Source: Stegostoma tigrinum (Eukaryota). From it: a stretch of 64,000 nucleotides of DNA. The stretch is taken from NCBI RefSeq assembly GCF_030684315.1, contig NC_081396.1:5580001-5644000 (forward strand), given 5' to 3'. Below the pieces are notes generated by a model. The model saw only the letters and a program-made list of their open reading frames with translations, ran no database searches and was not told the origin of the DNA. Both the position numbers and the translations under genes were made by a program. Positions 52,020 through 64,000 of the stretch are shown piece after piece. Each line of letters begins with the position of its first letter. Within the stretch, counting starts at the first letter, position 1.

Positions 52020-52866
52020 TTAACTCATCTCTGAACTTACTCTGGGTCCCAAAATAATTAAAAGGGTTGATGCAGGAACTCGTAAACCGAAGCAAGTGTC
52101 CACTTTACTGTAAAATAAACTCTGACTGACTTAAGTTGAAACCTGAGAAATAAGCTGCTCCTTAATTTGGGCATGGAATGTTGCTATGAAAATATAAAGA
52201 ATATAACAGAATGAAGCTGCCTGAGTTGGCAAAAAGGGAAACCATAGACGTTTTACGCTTTTCCATTTCCAGCCCTCTCTGATTTTCTCCACTGGTCTGA
52301 GTTTGGAGTCTTCTGCTGGCTTTATCGGCCATCACAACTTATCTGACAGTGAGACAGTTGAGCAGCAAAATCAAAATGAATAGGAGACAAATGGTCAAAA
52401 TGCTGCGAATCCAGCCATATTCTTCCCAGGTATCTGACGTATAAAATATTAATTCTATTTTGTAGAGCCGGGGTATATTATTAATTATGTTTATGGGTTA
52501 ATTCATTTAAAAATAAGGGCATTTTTAAGCATCTGAGTGTTGTGACGAATCCAATAAGCGGCACCGCTTTCTGTACCATGCAGAAGTTCACCTTCTGTCA
52601 ACAAATGGCCACAAGTCTATCAATGATGAAAGCAACCATTAACTGCACTGAACAATCAACAGCAGTGTAGATTACGGCATCATGGAGAGTGCATACTGGA
52701 GTAATGAGCAACAAACTTGATGGGAAGCAAATTCAAGCAATCTAGTTACAGAATACAGCACTTACCATGAGCAGATTGACCACTGCCATAGACACCAGGC
52801 AATAAATGTCGTGACTAGAAATATCAGGTTTTCTTCTGGAAATGATAACAATCGCTGTCAGGTGAG
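52020..52866 (-). pseudogene. GPR139-like GPCR pseudogene, contiguous main exon
   Basis: HLTAIVIISRRK..CLVSMAVVNLL..ITPVC..AVDCSVQL..through TM7, with stops and frameshifts. Confidence 0.75.
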
Positions 52867-55800
52867 CTGTCATACAAACATACATACAGATATCTGAAAA
52901 GCAAAGAATAAATAATCTGAGACTTATAAATTATGAAAATTCTTCTACCGCATTTTGAATCAATTTGATACATTTGAGACGTGGACTTGAGTTAGAAATT
53001 ATTGATTAACGTCCTGACTGTTTTTACTATGTGCGAAATGTTCATTTTAGGGGTCCACTGGCACAATGGCAAGTGTTGTTGCTTTATATGACCAGGGACC
53101 CAACTTTGATTCCAGCCTTGTCTGACAGCCTGCATTGAGTTTGGACATTCTCATTGCATATGTGTGGGTTTGTGCTGGGTGCTCCGTTTTCCTCCCATAT
53201 ATCAGATTAATTGGTCAGTCTAAACTGTCCGATAGGGTCAAGAGATGTTTCGGCGAGGTTGGTTAACAGTGATGAGTGTTGGGTTACAGGAATATGGTAC
53301 GTGGTTCCTTGGAGGGCAAAAGAAACAGATTCAATGGCTCGAATGACCTCTATCTGCACTGCAAGTAATAAGAATACTAATTAATACAATGACACACAAC
53401 AGAGAGCAAAATTCATTGAAATCTACATCAACGACTGGAAATAAAGGAGGGCAAGATATGATAATCGTCACATTGACAAAATATTATGGCAAAATACACA
53501 TGCTGCGAAATAAGGAAATAATCCAAGTGAAATTGGAAATTTAACAGAAAACGGATCATATCTTTTTTTGAGAATCCAAAGTTGCCTCAGCTGACAAACT
53601 ACTACAGAATTATTTGCTATTAGAAAGATTGATATCCAAATCGCGAAATGCTCAGCGAATCATAACTGAAATATTGAGATTGGGAAATCATGAATGTTTT
53701 CTGAAATCGTCCCTCTTGCACATCCGTGAGCAATTTAGTGCAAAATTGTATTCCTTCATTAAATCATATGCATTTTAAATTACAAACTTTATGCCTTTTG
53801 GTGTTTGACATTGATCATATTAATGCACGCAATCTTTTCTGCATACAATGTTTCATTCCCACCAGTTTGCAAGGAAGGCCCTGAAATCAATAAGAGATTA
53901 AAAGAAAAAAAATTCGTCAGACCAAACTGTTGATAGTTCCACCAGATAAGGCAAAAGGAAATTTCATCTATATAATAGATAAAAAACTGAATGGAAAATA
54001 AATTCCACAATGCAGTCTAATGCAGTTCATGACAATGATAGTGCCACCACCAGAAGGAAGCAAGCTGCTACTGATAAAGCTAGAAACATGGAGCACAATA
54101 CAGAATTAGTTAAAGCAAAAAGAAAGAGCGAACAAGATTCTAAGAGAGCGACAGACAACAGCAAAGAGAGAGAGTGAATGAGAAATTTCTAGCTATATTA
54201 AATTAGAAGAGAACCGTTACTTGTTCAAACATACCAACATAATCCCACAACCATTCTGCAGGTTTCCGTGCAGATAGGAAAAGTGCATCCCATTTTCTCA
54301 TAAGATTAACTGACGAGATCACTGTCACAGAAGAGAAATCAATTGAATGGCACATGTGTAAGACTAGCCTAACAATGTTCCATTCGCAAACTAAAACAAT
54401 ACCATTAACAACAGCAACATAATGCTGGAAATGCTCGTCAAATTCTGCACCTGAGATGAATGATTGATGAGACCTGCTTCTCCATTTGGCCAAAAATGTC
54501 TCACGATGAATGGTGAGTCTTTATTCTCCATAGAAGTATCTGGCTGCCTTTCAAGATGTTCCCCTACTGCACAAACAACTTTGTCATGTACTGGCAATGT
54601 TCTGACGTTCTTCTGGGAACATCTGAAGAAGCAGTAACGTGAATATTGTCAGAAGATTGCAAAATAGACTTTTGGACTGTTGTCTCATTGCTCCGTCATT
54701 GCTTACACATGAGTGTGCTTATTTTGTTTTTTAAGAGAATTACGAACAAATATTCACTGCCTATTTTACGAATAAATTTCAATACATGGATCTAAATCGA
54801 ATTGCCAGGCTGAGATCGCCTTGTCTCTGGATTGTCAGACACTGGACATAATGACCCATATTTCCTGGAATGACCTGATACTCTGATTATCTGTGCATAC
54901 CTGTGAGGTTACCACATCTGAAAGGCAGACTCTATCTTCTTACAATCCGCCCAAAAATTCTGTCCTTCTGAGTTATCAATGACGAAATATGCTATCGGTC
55001 TTTTAAAGTGTAACAACTGTACAAATACTCATTTAGTTCTTTTGCAATGTCACAAATTCCATTTCGAGTTAACTGCTCATTCAAAAGCTGCTGTTCATTG
55101 ATTATTCATATTCTATTCAAGCAGTAGAGTTAAAAGCAATAGCCCATTTTTTAAAAAAGTAAGTCCCTACTTTATTAAAAAACTTCCTTTCAGTCCTTTC
55201 ACTAACGTTCCTGGGTGATAGAGTCATGGTGGATAAAGGGACAAACAATGAGAGAAGATTTACGAGTGTGGTTTTCAAATCTTTGGCATATGCTTGAACA
55301 ATGGCTTTCAGATTTGAGAGGGAAAGTTCCACACAGTGAGGCATTCTTAAACAGCGCCTCATAATTGGATCAAACAAAAACGGAGATGAAGGCATTGTTG
55401 CGGGAACTGAGTAATTGTAGCATGTTTATCTTCTCCAGAAGAATGTACTCTAGATTACTGACATACAGGCACGTGTGGTAACTCTCAGTGAGATATCAAT
55501 GTAGACAAAACATTCGACGTAAGTGACAGACAAGAAAAGGAAGCAGGGTAATTTAATGAAGAGCAAGACGGTGGACAAGAGGAATCTAGATAAGTTCAGT
55601 AAGTGTGGAAAGATCTGGAAGATAGACCATCATGTGTAAATGCGTGAAATTGTCAGAGGTGGCACGAAGAATGAAAAAAAAACATTATCTAAAAGGCTAA
55701 GTATTGTAGAGTTGTGACATGCAGAAGGATGTCACAGCCAATGAAGCATGGTTGGTTAATAACTATATGCGGGAAATAATTAGAAAGGTTATTAGAACAT

Positions 55801-57188
55801 TCTCATTTATCACTAACAGAATTGACACAACCATAGATTCGCAATTTGTTACTCTGCAGGAGGAGGCCATTCAGCAGCTTCGTGTCAATTTCATGAAATT
55901 TTCGTCCATAACCTGAACATTTGTTCAATGTGTAATAGCTCAAAGCCCTCCTGAATTAAGCCAGCCTCCAGCTGCTTCTAGGCTGTTACCCCAAAACCAG
56001 ACAATACTTTGGGTCAAAAAAATTATCACATTTATCTCACATTTCCTTCGTTTGCAAAACACCTTATACTTGTTGTATGTAGCTCTCAAACTTTTTTATG
56101 AGTGGGAACAATTCCTCCACTTCTGTTGTGATCCAACATTTCGACAAAAGTTGTGACTTTATGCTTCAGTTATGCAGTTTTTTTGTGGGGGAGCGCAGTG
56201 TGAGCACAATTGGCGTTCTGTGTGCAGAACTACACACGTTATTTAAGAAGTGCGTGAATGTATTGAAAGCAGTTCTTCAAAATTCTACTGAATTAAGGCC
56301 TCGCATGGAGGATAGACTTGTGAGGTCAGAATGGACACTTGAGGCTTGTCCATTAGAGGCTATCAGAGCAAGAGACCGTTTGACTGACACAGATAAGACT
56401 GTCAGGGGTTTTGATCCGATGTACATGGAAAGAATGTTCTCTCTTGTTGGTGAACCTTGAACTCAGAATTCCAACTTGATGATGAGGAGTCAAATATTTA
56501 AGACAGATATAAAGACCACTTTGTTTTTTTTTCTCACAGAGGGTAGTGAGTCATTGGAACTCTGTTTCTCAAAAGGCATTATAAGCAAAGATTTGGATAT
56601 TTTATGGCAGAGTGTGATACATTTCTGATCGTTCAAAAGAAATGCAGGAGTAGAAATTTGGAATAAATGCGAATGTGGAGGAGTATGATTAGTCTTGATT
56701 GTTTTGAATAGCCGAGCAGACTTGAGGCGCTGACTCGTGTTTTTAACCTGTGACTTCAATAGAGACAATACGAAGATTCGAAGGTGTCTGTATGCAATCT
56801 TCCAGGGCATTGACATTTCGACTGAGCTATCTCATATTTTAACATGACTTTCAGAGGTTGCACTGATACTGGTTGATTGAGTCTGAGGTGCCCTCCCCCG
56901 ATTGAAGGTTGAACCAAAATCCTGGTAACAAGTTTAGAGGAATATGAATGACTTCTTGGCAGTAATGGAATCCCACGTCATCCCTCCGAGTGCATGGTGA
57001 ACGGAAGCCACTATGCACAGAACAGGTTCCAATCCCGCCCACTGTACATCAGACTAAGATGGGAGGGGATTTCACATCACATCAAGGACAGTGCCTTTTC
57101 AAATTAACGCAATCATTCTGCTGTATTTCCAGAGCAGCTTCCATCTCACAGTGCAAATAAATCATGTGTCGGACCAGACAATAGAAAA

Positions 57189-57683
57189 ATGAAACTCGTT
57201 CTTATCTTCACACTGTATGCCTATTTGCACCGTAAGTAGAAATCAAGCAATATAACATTGTGGGCATTTTGCATAAAACTCCCCGTGTCCATTAAAACAG
57301 CAGGCGTTGTGTCTGGCCCAGGTCATGTAAAACCCATTCATGTATCTCTCTTTAATTTCCAGGATCTTTCAGTCAGTCAGTGGTACAGACACCGCCAACG
57401 GTAGCCACGAAAGAGTGCCAGTCTCTCATCATTGACTGTGTTTTCTATGGTGGCTTCTACCGTCGTCCTTTAACTGAAGGGACTTTCTTCAAACAACACC
57501 AGACTGGATCATAGTGGGAGCGGCTCTCGGCAGGGAGGAGGTTTAATGTGAGGATAAATAAAACAGAAAAGACATTTTCGCTGGAAATTCAGGATGTGAA
57601 GGTTGAAGACACCGCCAGCTATTATTGCAAAGCATAGTTACAGCACACAATGATGGGGATCAGCTTCCCGTAACACAAAAAAT
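57189..57683 (+). pseudogene. NAR-TCR V pseudogene with 22-RSS (leader 57189-57231, exon 57363-57645)
   Basis: Paralog of the 19307 V with in-frame TAG at 57512 and 57635; cacaatg-22-acaaaaaat intact. Confidence 0.92.
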
Positions 57684-58000
57684 CTCTCTCTGTAAATTAT
57701 CACAGAAACATGTGAAAATCCCAAGTCTATCTGCCCTGAAAACCCCATACTTTCACCTCTCAATGACACCTCTACAATCCTGTTTATCTTAGAACTGGAA
57801 TGTCACTGATATTATCTTCAATATCGTAAATGCTGAGTAGTCAGACGGTGATGTCTTTTGTGGGATCGTTGTTAGTGTATCAATGTTGGGAATAACTGAT
57901 CCCAATCAGGAGTCACTGATACTGGAAGGAATCCAGTTCTGAAACTGGCAACTGGAGCCGCTGTTTAAACAAAGATTCCACACCTGAGTAATATACCAGG

Positions 58001-58072
58001 AGATTTGGTGCTGACTGGAAACACTGTGTGATTTTTTAGGATTTCACCGTGAATGAGAGGTGATCAAGTATC
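58001..58072 (+). other. NAR-TCR D segment 2 (58029-58044) with 12/12 RSS
   Basis: agatttggt-12-cactgtg | tgattttttaggattt | caccgtg-12-tcaagtatc. Confidence 0.88.
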
Positions 58073-58381
58073 AAGTACAATTAAAAATCAGATTCTGTAG
58101 GCCCATACCAATTTGTGTATTGGTAAATATCCAAGCCTTTGTTTAATTCATTTAATGTTCTGACTTCTGTTACAGTTCTTTAACATTGTTCCCAATTTCT
58201 ATTAAGATGTCATTCCTCCGTTCTTCTTCTTCGGTCATGTCATGAAGATTTCAGAGCTTCCTCAAGAACAGCTGAAATGATGTGTTGTATCAAATTAGGA
58301 ATCGAGTATACTGATTCAAATCTCCTCGATAACAAAGCAGAGCCGACTAGTGATTTTTGCCCAGGAAATTGGAGTGTGAGT

Positions 58382-58420
58382 AGTTTTTGCATTGGAGTGT
58401 CTGAGAATGGTATCACTGTG
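58382..58420 (+). promoter_or_regulatory. 23-RSS 5' of J2
   Basis: agtttttgc + 23 bp + cactgtg. Confidence 0.9.
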
Positions 58421-58473
58421 GTTGCACCATGACACTGCAGATGGGTCTGGGACAGAGGTGACTGTTACAGCCA
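58421..58473 (+). CDS. NAR-TCR J segment 2
   Basis: LHHDTADGSGTEVTVTA + a|gtaagt. Confidence 0.9.
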
Positions 58474-59773
58474 GTAAGTGGCTTCAAGCCCCAATGTATT
58501 CGACACTCTCCAGGATACTGGGTATTGTCACTGTATTCCTTTGATCTACAGTTCTTCAACACAATTTCATCAAAGCAAAGTTTTCTGAGGAAAGCTTTAA
58601 TTGAAATTTTAGATTTGAGTGCAGAATTGGCAGCATTAGTCAGGTCTGGGAGTGAAACTGGAGACAAGGCAGAATAGGTTGTGTGACCCGATCTCGTATA
58701 TCCTTGGCCCAAAGGGGACATCAGAGCAAAAAAACCGGCACCCCAGTCCCTCACAGTCATTCAATTTGAATTTTTTTAAATGGACTCGGGTTACAAAACC
58801 TCTAACTCACACTCACACTAGTTGAGTTCGACTTTCCTGTGAAAAATGGAGCGGAGTTAAAGTGTTCTGCCCTGTGCAAAGGATTTCTATCTGAACTATC
58901 AATGGGAATGAGGCGCCGGGAAAGGCAATTTTGCTCTGCAGTAATTGATATGAGATCTGGAGGAACACAAAGTCTAGGAAATGACAAATGGGCTTCAAAG
59001 ACAACGGTTGTAATTCTGGTGCAATTTCATCTTGGGGTGGTCAGTGACTGAACTTAGTTTTGTTTTTTCCCAACATTTCTTTCAATTGCTTTAATATCAG
59101 CAAATATTTCCTTTCTTAAATCCTTTTGACCGAAATGTGCGACTGCAGACACACGTCTCATAGTCAATATTAATGCTCGAGAGAATGGTGTTGACCTTTC
59201 TTCTGCTGGGATCTCGAATTTTGTGACAAAGCACAAACAGCCAGATCAGAAACTCATACAACTACGCATTTTTTTGTTAACTCATTAATTGCTATAAAGC
59301 ATATAGACAACACAATATATAACTATAATCTAGATCCCTGCCCGTGTGTGATGAACTGGCTAGTTTTAGTGCAACAAGTCTTAGCCTGCTCTGAGTTTCG
59401 AATTCTGGGTCTCTGCTTTGTGATGGTCAATTTCAAGGTGCTGCTGCATTTGTCACTACAGGTGTCTCTGATGTGCCTTTTTAATATGTTTCTTTTCCAG
59501 TCTTCCAAGGTCTTCGATTTCTGCCTTTTTGAACAAGATTGTCAGAGCTCTAAGCTCATTTATGTGACAGTCATATAAACAGAAGACGTTTTAACCATTG
59601 TTTTCCCGAACAGACAAATTGTGCAATTGTGCAACTATAGACGTGAAATAACCTTGAACATGAGTCATTTGCAAATATATTGTGTTTTGTATTAATTCTT
59701 CATTTCACAGCAAGCTGATCAGATATTCAGGTCAAAGGGCCAATGTGGACGCTTTCCTTTCAGTTTGTTTATT

Positions 59774-59776
<3 letters not shown>

Positions 59777-59839
<63 letters not shown>

Positions 59840-59852
59840 TATATATATATAT
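59777..59852. repeat. (TA)n(CA)n microsatellite
   Basis: Seen directly in the sequence. Confidence 0.95.
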
Positions 59853-59889
59853 ACGTTTATTTATATATCCACATACATATGTATGAATT

Positions 59890-60835
59890 GAATGTGGCAC
59901 AGGAGGTCTGGGTAGTAAGATTGCAGGTGACACTGAAATTGGTAATGCAGTGGACAAAGTAAAAGGTTACCTCACAACACAACGTGACGGTGATCACACG
60001 GTTCGATTTATCAAGGAATGGCGGGTGGAGTTTATTATAGACAAAAGTGAGGTTCAACATTTTAGTACTGCAAATCACAGCAGACTTATGCACTTAATTG
60101 TAAAGTCCTGAGGAGTCCGGCTGAACAAACAGAACTTGGAGTGCAAGTTCATGCTTCTTTGAAATCCAAGTCGGAAGTAGGCAGAGGAGTGAAGAAGGCG
60201 TTTCATATGTTTGCCGTCTTTGGTCGGTGCATTAAGTCTGGAAATTGAGAGGCCACATTGCAGCTGTACACAATGTTGTTTCGGTCGGTTTTGGAAACCT
60301 GCGTTCAGTTATGCTGTCACTACTGTAAGAACGATGTTGTGAAATGTAACGGGGTTCAGAAAAGACTTAAAAGATGTTGCCAGGTTTGAGAGTCTGGAGT
60401 ATAAGGAGAGGCTGAACAGGTTGAAGCTAATTTCCATGGACCTACTGAGGTTGAAGGGCTACCGTACAGAACTTTATAAAATCAAGAGAGGAATGGATAG
60501 GGTAAATAGTCAAGGTCTTATCCCCGGGGTAAGGGAGTCTAAAACAAGAGGACATGGTTTGAAAGTGAGGGGGGAAATATTTAGAAAGGACCTAAGGGAC
60601 AATTTTTTCACTCACGGATTTAAGCATGTAGGGAATGAACTGCCAGAAGAAGTGGTGAAGGCTGGTGTGATTACAACATTTAAAAGGCTTCAGGACGGCT
60701 GTATTCACAGGTAGAGTTGAGAGGAATATGGGACAAATGCTGGAATATAGTAACTGATAAATTTAGGACACCTGGTCAGAATGGGCGAGTTGGAACAAAG
60801 AGTCACCTTCCACGCTGTACATCTCTATGACTCCA
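59890..60835 (+). mobile_element. CR1-type LINE fragment (paralog of 22210-23160)
   Basis: GMDRVNSQGLIPGVRESKTRGHGLKVRGEIFRKDLR. Confidence 0.85.
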
Positions 60836-63787
60836 TAAAGTCGAAGATCAACTGATCGGTGTCGGGTCTCAGATATGTATAGGGGTACGCTGGTTTGTGT
60901 TACATTAATCATAACTCAGAAACAATAGATTGACTTAATTAAAGTGTGTGCAGCACTTTAGAAATCTAACGAGTAACCCATACACTTTGCTAGGTGTTTG
61001 AATATGTAGGAGGTCAAAGTATTTGCAAAGACCACGGAGAACAATGTGAAGAAAGATCACTTTTATGGTCCTATTTAAGAGAGGTATGGCCTCAGTTGTT
61101 CAGTTTTTTATATACTTTTGCGCCATCAGCTTTGATTTGTTTTTTATACCACTGAATAAAGGGTTGAGCAGACTTAAAAATCATTTAGAAAGTTTAACAG
61201 TTTCCTCTCGAAATTCGGGCAGTATGAAAAGGCTCCATAGAAATCCTTGAACTTGGGCTAAAGGCCGAATGATATCAATGGGATGACATTGCTTCCTCCA
61301 TATGTCGCTCTGGAATAAAGTGCTGTACAATACATGTCAGCACCGACACAGCAGACAGAAGTATTCGGAGAAATGCATTTCTACACAAACAGGTTAGAAT
61401 GTGGAGCTGCCTAACATGTGAAGTGTTTGGGCCAAGTGTCTCAATGTGGTGATGGAACTCGTTTCAAAATAGAAAAGGGAAAGTGGAAGAAAATAGAAGG
61501 AAACAGGAATGAGGTATAAATGTGTCAGTTGTGATTCAGAATGGAGGAGGCATTTGCAGAGGACAAGAACAGATGCAGACAATTGCACCCAATGGACTGT
61601 ACCTGATCTTCAGATTCCAAAAGATGCAAATCTCAGAAAACACTTTGCCAGAAAACATGGATAACAGGTGATCAATCCACCAAGGGACTTGAAATTGTCA
61701 GCCACCCGGAGAACCTAATTCTCCCTAGCGGTGAAACCAGTGTAAATTGCACTGGCTGAGCCCAAACGCTAATTGTAAGGCTTTGGGGCAAATTCACAAG
61801 ATGGAAAATAACAAATAAATATCACAAAGTGAGAGGTATAGACTTTGAAACGAAAATACTTCAGCAGTACACAGGAACGTGAAATCGAGCGAGATTGTCT
61901 CCCTGATTTAAGAAAAGCCGCATAGTCGCAGAGGTAGACTGGAGCTACAGTGTGGTTACAAAAATGTTGCACCCTGCATAAAATAGTGTAAGTATCATGA
62001 GAGGTTACAAAATAATGCATACAGCTTCGTAGTTTTGTTAAAAGGGACTTTGGGGGATTTTGAAATTGTATAAATCTGTCGAAAATGCTTTGACTCCAGC
62101 GAGAATATTTTTTCAGGTTTGCACAACGTCCTTTGGGGCGAAAGTAAAGACACAAAAGAGCATGCAGAATCCACAAGAATAATTTCAGGGCCCACAGAGG
62201 ACGGAGAGAGAGAGATGAGTTGAAGAAGTTGGGATTATCGTTCTTCAAGAATGGAAGTTTGAGAAAAAAAATCACTCAGCACAAAGAATAATACAGCAAA
62301 GGAACGGCCCCTTAGGCCCTCTAAGCTTGATACATTTTACCTTTCCACACTAAAACTGTCTTCACACACGGGATCTGTATCCCTTTATTCCCTTCGTATT
62401 CATGTACTTGTTCAGGTGCTTCTTCAATAGTCCTATTGTGTCTGCTTTCACCATCTGCTCTGGGAACGCAATCCAGGCATTCTCCAACCTTTGTGTGAAA
62501 AACCTGCATCGCAAGTCTTTTGTCAACTCACCACCAACCGCCCATGGCCCTCTTTCCCCCCGAGACCATCAACTTGTGACCCCTCGTAATTGATACCTTC
62601 ACTCTGGGAAAAAGCCGCATACTTTCCACTCTATCCATGCTATTCATCATCTTAAAAAACCGTCTGTGAATTCGCACCTTAACCTTCTATGTTCCAATGA
62701 AAACAAACCCAGCCCAGCCAAACTTTCTTCATAACTGATATCCCGCATACAAGGCAACGACTTGGTATACTGTTTGTATACCTGCTCCAAGGAGTTCACA
62801 TCCTTTCTACTTAATTACCATATTCGAAATCATGAGGAGTCTGAACAGAACAGATAAAGTGAAATTGCTGCCATTGGTGGAAGGCTCGGGAGCCAAAAAA
62901 TATTCATGAACAGAACTGGTAATGGCTACTTCGGAAAAAGGAATTTCAAGGTGAATGGTTGTGATCTCGCATGTATTTCCAGATCATAACAGTTCAGCAT
63001 GGAAAGGCAAACTCGATCAAGATGTTCAAGAGGATATTGGATAATTACTTTAGAATGAAGAGTGTTTAAGGCTGCTGGTAGAGAGTAGTAAATGGTAGTT
63101 AATGAATTTCTCATTCAGAAAGGCATCATGTACATGCCGGGCTGACAAGCCTTCTTCCGTGTTGTTACTGTTCTTTGACTCTCTTCACTGATACTCTGAC
63201 GTGCAAATACATACCGCCCATCCAGGTCAATGATAGCGGATGAGTTTTATGACGATTTGTAGGAACTTAGTGATGTACCACAGAAGAGGTTTTCATCAGT
63301 AAAACAATTCTGAAAGCTGATCATCTTAGTGAGGAGGAGAAAAACCGATTCAAATATTTTTCCAGATGTACATTTCACCAGAAATATACAAGAAGACTTT
63401 AATAAAATCGATGGAAGCAGACAGCACATCCGGTTATCACACTCTCCGCTGTACAGGTGCAGATACTTAGAAAAGGCAACAAATTTGTTTTCTGATTCTG
63501 TGACTTTTGTCTGTTCTCATGAGGATCATTCCCTGTTGTAGTGCGTTTCCAATAATGGTTTGAGTGTTAGGCTACATTCTGAACTCTCCTAACCCATTCT
63601 GGCATTTCAGCCAAATCATGGTCAACAACAAGAAATTGCAACATTTCAAATTTATTTCTTAATTATGATAAAGACAATCCCAACACAGAGTCAAATTAAG
63701 AAAACTGTCTTAGTATCAGAGGTGTTTACATGATTGCCAAGTTTCTGCTCTAATGAGTGCAAATAAACTTCTTTTTTAATTCCACAG

Positions 63788-64000
63788 ATTCCCCTTCGCT
63801 GGTGTCCCGCAGTCCATCTGTACAAAGCTCTGTTCCCGGAGACACTGTCACTTTAAGCTGTGAATATTCAGGATTCTGTCAGTACACAGTTTCCTGGTAC
63901 ACGCAGTCCCCAGGAGGGGGTCTGAAATATTTGCTTCAGAGCTACACATCGGGAGATCAGAATGAAGCAAGTACAGCGGGAGGCAGAATTTCTGCTGCTG
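63788..64000 (+). CDS. Leaderless supporting TCR-delta V, copy 2 (runs off window)
   Basis: ccacag acceptor; SPSLVSRSPSVQ...LSCEYSGFCQYTVSWYTQSPGGGLKYLL, open to the window end. Confidence 0.88.

Larger units (their letters stand above)
38854..64000 (+). repeat. Second copy of the segmental duplication (paralog of 1-~26260)
   Basis: Collinear anchors 1/38854, 1503/40402, 19307/57189, 26044/63788. Confidence 0.97.

Noticed and set aside
61769-62275. Longest ORF in the track (168 aa)
   Set aside because: No recognisable motif, and the frame is not preserved in the paralog (~24110-24620).

Overview
Eukaryotic, AT-rich genomic DNA from a cartilaginous fish (shark), inside the T-cell receptor alpha/delta variable-gene region. 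The window holds about 1.65 copies of a ~38-39 kb tandem duplication (1-~26.3 kb recurs at ~38.85-64 kb). Each copy carries a NAR-TCR cassette: leader, IgNAR-like V with 22-bp RSS, one 12/12-RSS D, a NAR-type J with 23-RSS, then a leaderless supporting TCR-delta V. Cassette 1 (19307-26392) looks intact. In cassette 2 the NAR-TCR V has two stop codons. Each copy also has an open-frame V lacking canonical Cys23 and Trp41, many decayed V pseudogenes on both strands, GPR139-like GPCR pseudogene pieces, and CR1 LINE, tRNA-SINE and Penelope relics. Most unusual observations: (1) a ~60-bp-period array of degenerate 23-RSS copies behind the supporting V-delta; (2) strong conservation of the Cys23/Trp41-less V; (3) a V whose ORF runs from a leader-like peptide into the V domain without an intron; (4) two back-to-back palindromes in the NAR-TCR J-to-V-delta intron. 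Most ORFs in the supplied track are spurious. All identities were judged by eye; no searches were run.
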